Source of the DNA: the human T2T-CHM13v2.0 reference genome, Homo sapiens
Assembly: GCF_009914755.1 (NCBI RefSeq)
Contig: NC_060927.1
Reading direction: 5' to 3' (one strand)
Length of the DNA: 64,000 nucleotides
The position numbers and the translations under genes were made by a program. The notes beneath the pieces were generated by a model that was given only the letters and a program-made list of their open reading frames with translations, searched no databases and was not told the origin of the DNA. Below are positions 37,783 to 56,591 of the stretch, piece after piece; within the stretch, counting starts at the first letter, position 1, and each line of letters begins with the position of its first letter.

Positions 37783-40700
37783 TTTACAGTATCATTCTTG
37801 GAACAGCTCAGTTTTCCCAAGCTCTGTGTTGCAGCCATAATTCCCTGGAGACCTTCTCAAGAAAAAGTCCAAGGATATTTTGACTCTGCTGGTGTACCCC
37901 CATCCTTTGACATGAAGACTCCCAAACAGTTGTAGCCTGTGTTGTTCTCTGTGCTTGCCTCTCTCTTTGTATCTCTTTCTTCTTCCACTCTCTGCCACTC
38001 TCCTTTCTCTTTCCTTCCCTGAGACTGTCTGCCTCACATGTTTAGATCTGCACAATATGGACTTAATAGAAATAATAATCACAAAGGAAAAATGAAAATG
38101 GCAGACACGCCAGTCAGCAAAGCCTAATATGAACATTAAAACATACTGATGAATTAAATCTTCTTAGAAGTGTAAATGCAGCATAATTGATCCCAATAAA
38201 AGTAATAAAAGGAAAATAAGTGACAAAGCTACAATGAAAAAAAATTGATCAAGGAGTCAATGAGTGCATCAGTATTGGTGTATTTCTGATTAAAATGTTG
38301 ATGTCAGACTGTTTTCAGGGTCAAAGTGATCAGAGACCCTCAGATTTTAAGAGTCAACTCTTCTCCTGTTCTTAAAGGGGGAAAGGTCTCTATCAGCCAA
38401 TTATATTATTGTTTGTCACTGGAAATAACTAGAAATGAATGCACACTACGATTGACCCATTCTTTCTGGGGATCCTTTCTGTGCCTGAGTTGTCACAGAG
38501 GCCCACAATTTATTAGTTATTCATACATTTCGAGAAAAGCTAGTTACCCTGCCTTAAATTTTTCCCAAAAGATTTAAAGGAGTGCATCTTTTATTTTCAT
38601 ACTCTGCTTAGTATTCCAGAAGAATTAAGTGATTTTTATAATACGCAGATGATATTCATGCTGAAATATGCAAAATACCACATTCAAGATTATTTTCCTT
38701 AATATTCTCTGCTGATTGCATCAGAGGTCTATCTGAGATACTAAGAAGAAGATTTGACATTTCTAAATTTGTTAGATGATCAGATTTGAATCTTTTAACT
38801 AAATGTACTTCCAAGGTTTATGCCTGTGGTTTTTTAATTAGTTAATTAGTATATTAGTAAATACCATGTGCATGCAGGTCAATGAACTTTAGGCATTAAG
38901 GAGGATCAAGAGAGATGTAAAAAAAAATGTCAGCTACTAGATGGCTGGGAAAATAAAATGGAAAAAACTAACAACATAAGACAATATCTATAAAATGGTA
39001 ACAAGTGTTATCTGCTAATAGGACCTGCTTCTATCTTAGTAAAAGTAGCCATCAGGGGATCCCAGACAGCCACCAGACTGGTTTGCTGAATCTTCAGAAA
39101 TATTGATAACTTCACAATGTCCACTGTATCATGAAGGAATTGAATGTGATAGCTCAGGATGAGATCAAAGAGGGCACTGCCTTCCAAATTTATGCAAAGA
39201 AAAATATACATAGTGACCCTTCTTAGCCACTACCCTCTTTCCACTATTATAGCTCCTCTCTTACCGTAAGAATCTGGGATCTTTATCAAGAGAGAAAAAG
39301 CAAGAGAGCTTTGGACATTTCTGGAGTCCTAGCTGGTGTCCTTTTCTTCCTCTTGTGGGAATTGGCATCTTGTGTGATAAACGTCCTCGGATAGATACAG
39401 GGTCTCACACTCAACATGAAACTACCAGGGATACTCACTAATATTCATATGTGTGATTTCTGTGAATGGAGCAGACCCATAGCAAGACAAGACCTATCCC
39501 AACATTGTATTGACCATGCCTAATAAAGGGAAGATGAAGCATTCTGTTATAACTGTATTCTTGGCACTGATCATAGGTGAAACAATGCAGAAATTTGAAG
39601 AAGGTATTATCCATAAAGGGAACTAAATGCAAATCAAGCCAATGCTTTTTAGACTAAGGAAATGCAGACTCCTAATAATGTGTCCCTTTAAGGGACAAAA
39701 GTCAGTGCCTAGTGTAGCTCTGCTCACTTTCATTGGCATAACCCACTTTTATGCTTATTCAACATGGACTATTATAGTTATAGTAGATTTAGAGATGTGA
39801 GTTAGCAAAGAAGTAGTATAAAAGGAGAATTTCCAAGTTGAGTCTGGAGGATAGGTAAGAATTGAATCATTGCAAAGGAAGAAGGAAGGAGTGGGTAGAG
39901 GATCAGAAGTCAGTCATCAAGTAAGTCATCATCCATACCTGAGAGTTGGTATTGGGGTCGTAACAGAGGTAAAAACTGAAGCCCAGGACCTGGGTAGATC
40001 AGAAGGATGTCCTGGAGAGAGTAATGGCTTTGCAGCAATATGTTACGGCTAAAAGAACAGAGTGGGAAAACTGAGTAGGTACCGAGTCAATGACATTAGG
40101 CAGAACCAAAAACCCAGGCAGAATTGCCACAGATATAAAGTGGTATGGAGGCAAGAGCAGAGAGAAAAGGAGATGAGACAACAAGGGGAATCTAAGGAAT
40201 TTAAATCTGTGAACCAGAAGAATGATGGCATAGTTGATGGACTTGGGAAAGTCAGAAAGGGAACTCAATAGAGAGCGTGGGAGAGGATCAGAGATGAAGC
40301 TGCAACACTGGAGAGAGTGCATGTGGAGAAAGATGTATGAATACAGGGGGCCATCCAAGGAGAGATGTGACAGACAAATGGAGAAGTTATGGTCATTTTA
40401 AAGGCCCTTCATAAACCACATGCAGAACTGTGGTTTTCAAAGATAGCTCAGTGAAAATGAAAAACCAACCAAAACCAAAAATATCTTGTCACAAATAGTG
40501 GTTCTCAGTACTTCCAGTGGAGAAAAAGTTGCCAACTACAGGGACCTTTGCGAAATGTCTTTTATCTTCCATCTAAATTTTTCATTTGCTTTCCTCTATG
40601 TCAAAACATAAATTCTTATTCTCTCACAATTTTCTCTACATTTAGTTGTAGTTTATCCAACCTTAGAGTATGATTTGGTTCCTTCTGTTTTTTTTTTCTA

Positions 40701-43700
40701 AACAGAGCAAGTCTTCATTTGTCTACAAGAACAAAGAAAGATAAAGTGGTACAAAGAGATGGAAACATTTTGGACGCTTTTAGTGGTAGTTTCTATTTGA
40801 CCTGACATTACACTATACTCTGTTTTGATGGATGAATTTCTCAAGGTTCTTTATTCATATCAATATTAAAATTGGCTCAGACTCCCACAACACACACCAT
40901 TGTCTAGCTAGGGAGAGTGAGGTGAAAACCGGTCTCCATCATCCCAGTAGCTATTACAAAGCCAAGTGACACTAAAAATGAGATGTGATGGAAAAATGTT
41001 ACCAGAGACTGGATTACAATGGTACATAATTTTTATTGCTAATATTTATTAAGTACTTTCTAAGTTTCAGGCACGCTGCCACATGTTTATCACAGTCTGA
41101 AGAACTGTGAGATTTTCAGTGATCCAGATAACAGACATTTCAAAACCCAGTGGCACATTTTGTAACTACTACCTATTTCCTGTGAATAAAGTAAGTGGCC
41201 TTCTTGTTTGTTTGGTGACCATTCAGAAGATCCAGGGTCCTTGCCATCAGTCTCTCTAATATGCAGCCCACATTTTAAAGATTCTGTTGCCCACCCACAA
41301 TGTATTAAAAATATCCTGATGAGAAAAGTTTTAATCAATCAAATCAGGCTTGATGTAGTGGGATTTTGTGGACAAATCTTTGTTCTCAGCTGTATAATAA
41401 TTACAAGCTGTTTCACCAGTGGATAAGGAAAGGATTATTCTCCTCTTTGAAAATGGTAACTTTATAATTACATGTATTTACTTGCCTTATCAGAACAGAA
41501 CTCACCAACTGAGACAGAGGATTATTTTTGTTCAAAAGACTCTTGCGTGAAATGAACAGCTACATATTTGGGGGAAATTCAGCCTTTGTAACCAATTGTT
41601 TCTGGTGTGAATAAAGAACAAATTATCTGAAATGAGGGTTTTTTTTTTTTCCTTTTTGAAACGTATAAAAACCTTGGCACAAAAATTGCCTAGACGGTTA
41701 ACTTGGCCCAACCCATGAAACTGTTGAGAAATGTACATTTATTGACAGCTCTATACAGTCAGTGTACAAAGCGTTTTGGCCAAACGCAGTAAACAAAATG
41801 TTTTGAGTGGTTTTACAGTTCTTTATCAGAATCCACCAACATCTTATAATAATTTTTTAAGAATTCCTTTTATTACTGTCCTATTTAAATCTGCAGCAAA
41901 CTTCTATGTCTCAGATATGTCTGAAGAGGAATATGCTTGTTTCTCAGGTGTTCATTATGACTCCAAGTTGAGCTCTTAATATATTAATAATAAACCTCGA
42001 GATAATTTGTAGACTGGATACCGTTTCTCTTAGCCAAATCTTCTCAATTTTATTTTCCACCCAATACCAAAAGGTTTGTTTCAGCAACATAAACATTTTG
42101 TTTTTCTTTTGCCAAATGTCTTTAAAAACAATTATCCCACCCCCTTCATTCTTACAAATCTCTCTAACATTCCCTAAACTTTCTCTAAAGTTGTTGTGAA
42201 CATAAACATATTCTGTGTCTTTCGCTTTCTTGACTAGGCACTGTACCTCCTCTGGGTGGACACTTTCTTATCCTTGATTCTGAAATACTGATAAACTGGA
42301 GCCACAAATAGAAGAGTACAAATCGTGTCCTTCTTAACATGGACTCGGTATGCTAAGAAGGACACAATTTGCACTCCTATTCGCTACATGATGGTATGTG
42401 ATCCTTTGGTCTGCTGGAGGAGAGAAAGAAACCTTTGGGTATTAAAGAGTTTAGAGGCAGCCATAGAGTTTTCAGCTGTGTCCCATATGCTTCGTGGCTA
42501 TTCATTCTTCAAGTCTTCAGTTATGCTAGGTTCTAAGACCAAGAGATGAGAGCAGTAATAATGCCTTTACCTCCTATCAAAAAGGCAGCCTCGGTAGATT
42601 GACTGTGGGCCGAGTAGCTTTGAAAACATTTTCGTTCAGAATATTAGAGCCCAAGATTTGCTGCTAACACCCAGAATACATTGAGAACGGGCCCTTAGCT
42701 GAGTGGTGGAATTGTTCTGGGCAGAGTGAATGCAGATCCCCAGCAGAGCCAAGGTCCAGTTCTGTGTCTGATGATGTCCCCTGGCCTCTTTGCACTTTTC
42801 TGGATTTAGGCATTCTCTCCGCTGCTCGTTTCCAACGTGTGTTCTGTACGGAGTTAATTTTCCATCTTCTATTCTTTACTCAAGCCCTGTCCCCTTGCAA
42901 GGTAAGATGGACCTGTTTGCCACTTCCACCCACAGCCTGTCCGAGGTCGTTCTGTTGCTGCTGTCATTGGAGACGTGGCTCTTGGAGGAGGGTCTGATGT
43001 TTTTGTCAGTGCATGCCCCTGTCCTTCTGTATGTTTGAGTCTCATTGTCCTTTCTCTTCTTACTCTCCAGGTCTCCATTTTATACATGTCCTGTTCATCA
43101 CTTTGCTCTCTGCCTCACCAGTGCCCACTCACCTCTTCATCTCCTTCCTCCTTCACTGTCCCCTGTGGACATGTCCTTACTAGGACCAGTTTCACTTCAC
43201 AGTAACATCTTTCACCTCTCCTGCCTTATCACTCGCATCCTCTCCCCCTTTTCCCTGCAGAAACCCCTTGCTCCTTCCTCCTGGTGTTCAATTCTTCATC
43301 ATCAGCTTAAACCCAGTAAGACATTGAGGGAATCCCATGCTGCCGTCAAGCCTCAAATCTGCTCCATTGTCTAAAAAACACTTCTTAATGCTTAAACTTT
43401 ACCACACGTAAACATTAGACAAAGGCTCACAGGACCTGATCAAAGTATTAGTTAGGCTAGCTTTCTTAGATCGAATATATCAATTTCCAGGTAAATAATC
43501 TACTATATTTGGCCCTCTGGGTTTTCATTTTACCCCTAGGATAATGTGAGTAATTGAAATTTATCCCATGTTAGACATCCACTGCCTTACCTTAGAGAAA
43601 ACGTCCTAATACACTTTAGGCAGGGGCAGAGGGGTGCTCCTTAAGGTAAAAACCACTTTCATAGTTAATAGTGGCAGTAATAATAACAATAAGAGAAGAC

Positions 43701-43809
43701 TATGTTGGCATTTGTACTCATAGGTTGAAAGTAATGGTAGGCAAAACTGCTGGCATGTTATCATGGAATCAAGGCAGTGGCACCATACTGTGCTAGTAGT
43801 CATTGTAAT

Positions 43810-43965
43810 TTTTTTTTTGAGATGGGGTCTTGCTAAGTTGCCCAGACTGGAGTATATTGGCATGATCATAGCTTGCTGCAGCCTTGAACTCCTGGGCTCA
43901 AACAATCCTCCTGCCTCAGTCTCCTGCTCAGCTGGGACTAGAGGCATGCATCACTACACCTGAGA
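43810..43965 (-). mobile_element. Alu right monomer (FRAM/AluJ-like)
   Basis: T tract followed by reverse Alu right-arm sequence. Flanked by tcattgta(a/c)tttt direct repeats. Confidence 0.75.
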
Positions 43966-45049
43966 GATCATTGTACTTTTTACTACCACATACTCACAGT
44001 AAGAAAAAAAAATTGGGGAGGGCAGCCAAGATGGCCGAAATGGAACAGCTCCGGTCTACAGCTCCCAGCGTGAGCGACGCAGAAGATGGGTGATTTCTGC
44101 ATTTCCATCTGAGGTACCGGCTTCATCTCACTAGGGAGTGCCAGACAGTGGGCGCAGGACAGTGCGTGCAGCGCACCATGCACGAGCCAAAGCAGGGCGA
44201 GGCATTGCCTCACTCGGGAAGTGCAAGGGGTCAGGGAGTTCCCTTTCCTAGTCAAAGAAAGGGGTGACAGATGGCATCTGGAAAATCGGGTCACTCCCAC
44301 CCTAATACTGCGCTTTTCCGACGGGCTTAAAAAACGGCGCACCAGGAGATTATATCCCGCACATGGCTCAGAGGGTCCTACGCCCACGGAGTCTCACTGA
44401 TTGCTAGCACAGCAGTCTGAGATCAAACTGCAAGGCGGCAGCGAGGCTGGGGGAGGGGCGCCTGCCATGGCCCAGGCTTGCTTAGGTAAACAAAGCAGCC
44501 AGGAAGCTCGAACTGGGTGGAACCCACCACAGCTCAAGGAGGCCTGCCTGCTTCTGTAGGCTCCACCTTTGGGGGCAGGGCACAGACAAACAAAAAGACA
44601 GCAGTAACCTCTGCAGACTTTAATGTCCCTGTCTGACAGCTTTGAAGAGAGCAGTGGTTCTCCTGGCACGCAGCTGGAGATCTGAGAACGGGCAGACTGC
44701 CTCCTCAAGTGGGTCCCTGACCCCAGACCCCTGAGCAGCCTAACTGCGAGGCACCCCAGCAGGGGCAGACTGACACCTCACACGGCCGGGTACTCCTCTG
44801 AGACAAAACTTCCAGAGGAACGATCAGACAGCAGCATTCGCGGTTCATGAAAATCCACTGTTCTGCAGCCACCGCCGCTGATACCCAGGCAAACAGGGTC
44901 TGGAGTGGACCTCTAGCAAACTCCAACAGACCTGCAGCTGAGGGTCCTGTCTGTTAGAAGGAAAACTAACAAACAGAAAGGACATCCACACCAAAAACCC
45001 ATCTGTACATCACCATCATCAAAGACAAAAAGTAGATAAAACCACAAAG

Positions 45050-46066
45050 ATGGGGAAAAAACAGAGCAGAAAAACTGGAAACTCTAAAAAGCAGAGCACC
45101 TCTCCTCCTCCAAAGGAATTCAGCTCCTCACCAGCAACGGAACAAAGCTGGACGGAGAATGACTTTGACGAGTTGAGAGAAGAAGGATTCAGATGATCAA
45201 ACTACTCCGAGCTACAGGAAGAAATTCAAACCAAAGGCAAAGAAGTTAAAAACTTTGAAAAAAATTTAGATGAATGTATAACTAGAATAACCAATATAGA
45301 GAAGTGCTTAAAGGAGCTGATGGAGCTGAAAGCCAAGGCTCGAGAACTACGTGAAGAATGCAGAAGCCTCAGGAGCTGATGCGATCAACTGGAAGAAAGG
45401 GTATCAGTGATGGAAGATGAAATGAATGAAATGAAGCGAGAAGGGAAGTTTAGAGAAAAAAGAATAAAAAGAAACGAACAAAGCCTCCAAGAAATATGGG
45501 ACTATGTGAAAAGACCAAATCTACGTCTCATTGGTGTACCTGAAAGTGACGGGGAGAATGGAACCAAGTTGGAAAACACTCTGCAGGATATTATCCAAGA
45601 GAACTTCCCCAATCTAGCAAGGCAGGACAACATTCAGATTCAGGAAATACAGAGGATGCCACAAAGATACTCCTCGAGAAGAGCAACTCCAAGACACATA
45701 ATTGTCAGATTCACCAAAGTTGAAATGAAGGAAAAAATGTTAAGGGCAGCCAGAGAGAAAGGTCGGGTTACCCACAAAGGGAAGCCCATCAGACTAACAG
45801 CGGATCTCTCGGCAGAAACTCTACAAGCCAGAAGAGAGTGGGGGCCAATATTCAACATTCTTAAAGAAAAGAATTTTCAACCCAGAATTTCATATCCACC
45901 CAAACTAAACTGCAAAAGTGAAGGAGAAATGAAATACTTTACAGACAAGCAAATGCTGAGAGATTTTGTCACCACCAGGCCTGCCCTAAAAGATCTCCTG
46001 AAGGAAGCACTAAACATGGAAAGGAACAACCGGTACCAGCCGCGGCAAAATCATGCCAAAATGTAA
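45050..46066 (+). pseudogene. L1 ORF1p, disrupted
   Basis: 1017 nt from ATG GGG AAA to TAA with no frameshift. In-frame TGA at 45194 (codon 49) and 45377 (codon 110), both consistent with CGA>TGA CpG decay. Confidence 0.92.
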
Positions 46067-46129
46067 AGACCATCGAGACTAGGAAGAAACTGCATGAACT
46101 AACGAGCAAAATAACCAGCTAACATCATA

Positions 46130-49951
<3,822 letters not shown>

Positions 49952-50883
49952 ACAATCAGAACACATGGACACAGGAAGGGGAACATCACACTCTGGGGAC
50001 TGTTGTGGGGTGGGGGGAGGGGGGAAGGATAGCATTAGGAGATATACCTAATGCTAAATGACGAGTTAATGGGTACAGCACACCAGCATGGCACATGTAT
50101 ACATATGTAACTAACCTGCACATTGTGCACATGTACCCTAAAACTTAAAGTATAATAATAATAAAATAAAAAAAAGAAAAAAAATTATTTCATTAAACCT
50201 CAACCCTTGATTACACATCTGTTTGATACTCTTTGTGACCAAATTATAAACACACATAAAGCACTTCTGCAGCATCTTGAACTGTTCTGAGGAAAAGTGT
50301 TCGTGCAACTGTCTGGGTATCAAGCTAAACTGCTCACTTTTCCATGAAATGCTGTTTCTTTCTTGGAATAAAGACTGACACACTATAGTTGCTCAGACTT
50401 GGTTAGCTGGCAGACATTTTCTTAAATATGAGTGAAGTGAGTCTGTCCCATCAAGGAAAACAACTTAACCATTTTGTGGCTGATACAATTTGCACTATAA
50501 AGTCAAATTCAAATTCTAGACAATGTGCACCTGCCCTGTGAACTTGACAGCTTCCTACTAAAAAGCTTTTCTAATATGATGGTGGTAATATTAACAAATG
50601 TGATTTTTTTTTATATTGTACATTGAAATGAGACAACCTTTGGAAGATCTGCATAATCACAAATTTTCTGGATCATCAGTGAATGATTTTGAACCATGCA
50701 TGGATAAAACTCCCTTAATGTGTAAGACAGACCAATGGGTTTTAATGGAATATGAAAAGTTCATCGAGATAGTTCCAGATTCCACATGGACACTAATTTT
50801 CAATAAACTATTACCAATAGACTTTTAGTGTAGTACCAAAGAATATTCAGAACTATATGAAAAGAGCATTAAAAACTCCCCCT

Positions 50884-51038
<155 letters not shown>

Positions 51039-51717
51039 CTACTCCCATTTTGAAAAACACATATGTCTGTGAGGCCAGATTTTCTTCATATACTTCAACT
51101 AAAACATGTTATAACATTTTATGCAGAAACAGACACGCTAAATGTGAAAAGTTATTTACAACCTGTAAAACAATGTCATTATTCTTACTAAAAATTTTTT
51201 AAAATATTTATTTCTATAAAATATATAATACATATGATATATAAAATATACCATAAAATATACAAATTATTTTTTAAGAATTATTTTTTAAATTCCAAGT
51301 AATTTCATTTATCAAATTAATTTATCAATTAAATCAATTAATAAACATTGACAAATATAAGCCAAAAAACCAAAGCTTTTTGGGATCCTCAGTTATGATG
51401 CATGATTCTCAGAGAAACATTTCTCAGAGTGTTTTTCCCCAAACACTAATCTCATAAAATGATTCATAAATAAAAGGACTTTTGCTCTGGGGTAATTTTT
51501 CAAAATCTGGAGAATCATAACACCTGCCATACTTGGAGAGCTAAAAGCCACATTAGTTTGCTAGAGGCCCAGGAAGTCCTGCCGTACTGTGTTTGTTTCA
51601 TCTTACACAATCTAGTGTTTCGTTCTGTTATCTCAGGAAGTTTGTGAATCCAGAACATGCTGGTCACCTGACCTTGGAGAAGGGGTGCTGGCACAGCGGA
51701 AATCTACCATGACTCAC

Positions 51718-51838
51718 CTTCAAGCCGGACCACCAGGGGCACCTTGAGTTCTAGCTCCCGGCAGGCTTTGGTGATCCCATTGGCAATGATGGCACAGTTG
51801 ACGATACCACCAAATATATTGACAAGGATGGCTTCAAC
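51718..51838 (-). CDS. SUCLG2: SUCLG2 penultimate coding exon (121 nt, phase 0 to phase 1)
   Basis: Minus strand reads ag|GTTGAAGCC...CTTGAAG|gtgagt and translates to [40 protein letters not shown](G). It carries the NIFGGIV and VRLEG motifs of succinyl-CoA ligase beta subunits and has canonical AG/GT ends. Confidence 0.97.
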
Positions 51839-54800
51839 CTGAAATCAAAAATAAAAAGTTACCAATCAAAATGCTGATCGCCAACAGTCTCAAAAATAAC
51901 TGGTTAAATAATAGAGACAATTAAAATAAGACTGCTCGTTTTTTTGTTTTTGTTTTATACAGAGCATAAAATACAAAAATGGCCCAGAACATGTTAAGAA
52001 AGCTCATATTAGTAATAAATTAATAAATATCACAATATAACATTACCAAATTTTCCCATCAATCACTCTTTTCAACTCAAAATGAATTTAATCATCATTC
52101 ATTCGTCTATTATATAATGTCTTCTTTTTCTGAAAATATTATTGTCTATTCTTTTTATGAGTAGTATCATTTAAAATTTCTGGCATTTAGGTTTTTTTCC
52201 TCCACGATTTACAATTGCCTTTTTATATGTCATGGTGCCTCACACAATATTTCAAAATCAGAAACCATTTATTGTTTTGTATTAAAAGGTAAAAAAGATT
52301 CAAATGTTTTCATGCTTCCTTAATACCTCTTTGATATGCTAGAGGTATGTTCTCAAAAATCAGAGATAGTTTAATTATCTTAGACAGCAACCTTTTGATT
52401 AAAAAAAGACTCTCGAAATAAAGAGATCCAAGCTTATAGCATAAGTAACAATGTAAGGAAAGTCAAGCTACTGACTGGAGCTTCTTAGAAATGTAAATTT
52501 AAACCCATCACCCATCATGTTAACTTGTTTGTACATATTCCATATTCAAAGGCATGTGGGCCAAAAAAAAAAAAAAAAAAACAATCTCTACTTGTCCTGA
52601 CTTGATAAATAGGCATAAGAAAATCCTGTATAATTAACATGAAGAACGAGATAATGAAGAGAATTCATTACCTAGATTAATTAATAACACCCACAGAAAA
52701 ATGGCTGTTCATGAAGCTGGAGGCATCAAAATTCCAACAGTAGAATCACAATTAAATTATGCCACACTAATTGTAAAGCATATATATATGTGCTGCATAG
52801 AATCCTATTATTTCTGTCTGTTAAATTACCTACACCAAACATATGAGAAGAGAATATCTTACATTTGTATAGCATTTAAATGTTTAGAAAGTGCCATCAC
52901 ACAAATCCTTATTTTTTATTGTGAGCCTTCCCAGAACCCTATTTATTAGGTAGGGTGAAGGTTGGCTCTCTAGCTGAGAAAGCCATCGGGCGCATTGGGG
53001 CATGTTGTCCCAAGGTCACACAGCTGTCATGTGGCTGTGGCCAGGCCCAAAGCCAGCTCCCTAGATTGTCTACTGATTTGTTCATTGATGTTGTTGCTAG
53101 GGCTGGGACCTTGGTCGAGTTACAGAACCTCTCTTGAACATTTCCTCATCTGTATTATGGGAATAAAAAGAGGACCTAGCCCACAGGATGTTGAAAGGCC
53201 TAAATGAGGTAATACATGTGAAATGTTTACCACATGGCTTTAAATGTACTTAATGGGTATTTACACTTGCATTTATTCAGCAAGCATTGATGAAAGTGGG
53301 CAGGTTACCTAGAGAGCAAGTAAGAAAACCTTTTTCAGTAGACTGCAGCTCATGTTGAATTCAAATATAATGGAAATACAAACTTATTGAAATTCAACAA
53401 AAAGGTAATGCCTTAAGAATCAAAGAAATGAACAATATTTTTCAAACCAATTAGAGATTGGGGCTACTCCCAGAAAAGAAATCTCCCATTACTATTCACA
53501 GTAGGACAACTGGTAAGCAGAAGCTTGCTTTCTAATGACAGCTATTAAATGCTGTTAGCATTGAGGCTTGGTACAGCAGTAGTTTCCAAATAACTGTAGG
53601 ATGGAGAGGAACTTGCCAGAACAATAGAAGAAAAACATTCAAGAGCAAGAATGACTCCATGGGGTCCATGATAGAAACTCAGGACCTGCTGAGGCTCAGT
53701 AAGGTTTGTGCAGAGGAACTTGGCATTCTAGTAAAACACACATTGGCACCTGCATGCCTCTGCCATGTTCCAGTCTGCATATTCCTTAAGGACAAGTTCG
53801 GATGTCAACTTCTCAGGGAATTCTCATTAAATTAGAATCACTGACTCTGTTTAACCCATCTAAAGCTTTACAATCATTTTACAGAGTATAGTTTACATCA
53901 TAATCTTATGTGAATTCACCTAAACAGGCAGGAGTGAGGGATAGGAGCAAAAAGGAGAGAAGGGGCTTGAGACCCTGTGATTCAATTCTACTTAGTGGGT
54001 GAGTGCCTGGAGTAAGTGTCAAACAGGAATCAGTGTTGCCTCAGGTGGCATCAGTTCCCATGAGTCTCTCATGTGTTAGTATCTCGTGTTTAATTAGAGT
54101 CCGATGTTAAAAATAGATACTCTTCATATAACCACTTGCGGTTAAAATTTAACTACTTTAGTTGGTGCTGAACCCCAGGAAAAGCCTTCTTTTCTAACTG
54201 CAGAGGGATAACTGGTTTTGTTAGACTTACTGAGAAATGAATAGCTGTTGTTCTCCAATGTACTTTATTCTCCTCTTACCTTCCTCTCCCCATCCCAAGA
54301 TGCAACTCCCGTGTTTGGATCATCTTTGTGCTTCTCTAAAACAAAGATTATGTATTTTCCCATTTTTTTAATAATCAGTAGCCAGCACAATCCATGATAT
54401 GGCATAATCACGTAAAAATAATGGTTTAACAATGAATGAATTAATTTCAACAGACACTTGATCAACATCTCCCTTGTACCAGGTACAGAATTAAGTTTTG
54501 GGATATGGAGAAGGATGAAGTATCATCACTGTCCTCAGGGAAGATTCAAAGACTAGTTTGAGAGCCAGACCAATAAACTGACAATTACAAATACAGGGTC
54601 TACAGATGTCTCACACAGCCAAGACCAAGGGAGAGGCGGTGATGCAGGCTGCTGACATGACAGAGGATTTTTGGAATAGGTGAGGTTCTAGTAGACAGGA
54701 AGAAAAAAAGAGCAGGATCTGAGATAAAGGGAGCAGCCAGGATAAAGGCAGATATGTCACCCAACTTAGTTCGCTGAGGAACTAATGGTTGAATGGTGAA

Positions 54801-54884
54801 GTAACTTAAGATGATACAGGTGAGGCCAAGATTGTCAGGTGCCAGATGCCAGGGATGGGAATTTGGATCCTCTTATTTCTTCCT

Positions 54885-55188
<304 letters not shown>

Positions 55189-55259
55189 TCTTCCTTCTTC
55201 AGAACTGGGTGGACGCAAGTCTTGAAAGCAGGCTCCCTGAAACGCCGAAGAGAAGTTAT

Positions 55260-55500
55260 AGGAGGGGAACAGAAGGACAGAGAGGAGAGTGAGTGCATGA
55301 GAGACAATGAGAAATACAGAACAACCATGAGAGAGCATGGGAGAGAGAGAGAGAGAGAGAATGAGTGAACAAGAAGCAGTAAAGAGAAGGCATGAGAGAA
55401 CGCAAAAGAATAAGAGAGAGAGAAAGTGCAAAAAGGAGAGTGAGAAGTCATGAGGAAGACAGAGGAACAGAAAGAGTATGACAAATACTAACAAAGCAAT
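55260..55500. repeat. GA-rich low-complexity tract (a similar tract lies at 31660-31815)
   Basis: Strong purine bias with (GA)n runs. Confidence 0.8.
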
Positions 55501-56591
55501 TGAGATTTCTACAAGAAGAGCAACAAGACATAGAAGTACGCAGGCTGCTTAGCTCAGGGAAATGGGATTGTTTAGGACACACGATATACCACAGCACCCT
55601 AAGAGGAAAGTCACCACCCTGGGTGGTGAGAAGATCCCACTCAACCAGAGATTATGCCATTCTCGCCTTCTCTCCCACTGTAAAGTAATTTGCTGCAGTC
55701 ATGCACTTTAATGGAAATCTGATTTAAGGTTTAACTCTGGGCCAACTTCTATAATTAACTACTGTAATCTGCAATCTCAAACTGGGAATGCAATTAAGAC
55801 AGTTTAAAAATGAAAGCCTCGTGACATCATTATTATTATTTAGCATTTATAAAGCATGTCAAATTTTCAATATGTGCCTCACATGTTCATTCATTTTACA
55901 ACCACTAACTGCTGTTCCATGATGATACCAACAGCAACTTTTAATTATCTTCCCCCAGCCCCCTGGCAAAGAGAATTTTTTTTTTTTTTTTTTTTTTAAG
56001 AATTCAGTGTTAGGTCTATTTAAGTAACCAGAGACTCTCCCTGAAGATCCCAAGTGCTTTTGGGAACAGAGGCTTTTTCTAATTCTCGGGTGAGAATTAT
56101 GAGGGTTGCTATTTACTGTTTTACAAAAGTAAAGATCATCTAATGAGGCAGTTGAAGTGCCAGATACAGGGCCCGGGTCCCCAGACCCCAGACAGCTGAT
56201 CCCAAGGCAAGTTTGCTCTGGCAGCTGTGCAGGTGGTCAGGCAGTCCATACACAAGTTTTTCAAATGTCTGGGTATTTTGCTTTGCAAAACACACTCTAG
56301 CTGCAGATTTTAGTACACAATTAAAAGTAAAAACTAAACTTTGAAAAAAGAACAGCTACAGCCCTTGCTATTTATCAAGCTTCTTTCAACATCATCCCCA
56401 CTGCTCAAATAAACAAACCAACAAAAATCAATACTAAACCTCTTCTTTGGAACATGGATCCTTTTGAATATCTGATGAATATTAGGGATTCCTCAGTCAG
56501 GTGAATTCACAAACACAACATTTTTGGGGGATAATAGTAGTTAAGTCCCATGGCTACCCTGCTCCTACAGGATATGGCCTCCAAGACCTCC

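Noticed and set aside
50005-50030. G-quadruplex-forming tract
   Set aside because: This is the standard polypurine tract of every L1 3'UTR and is not locus-specific.
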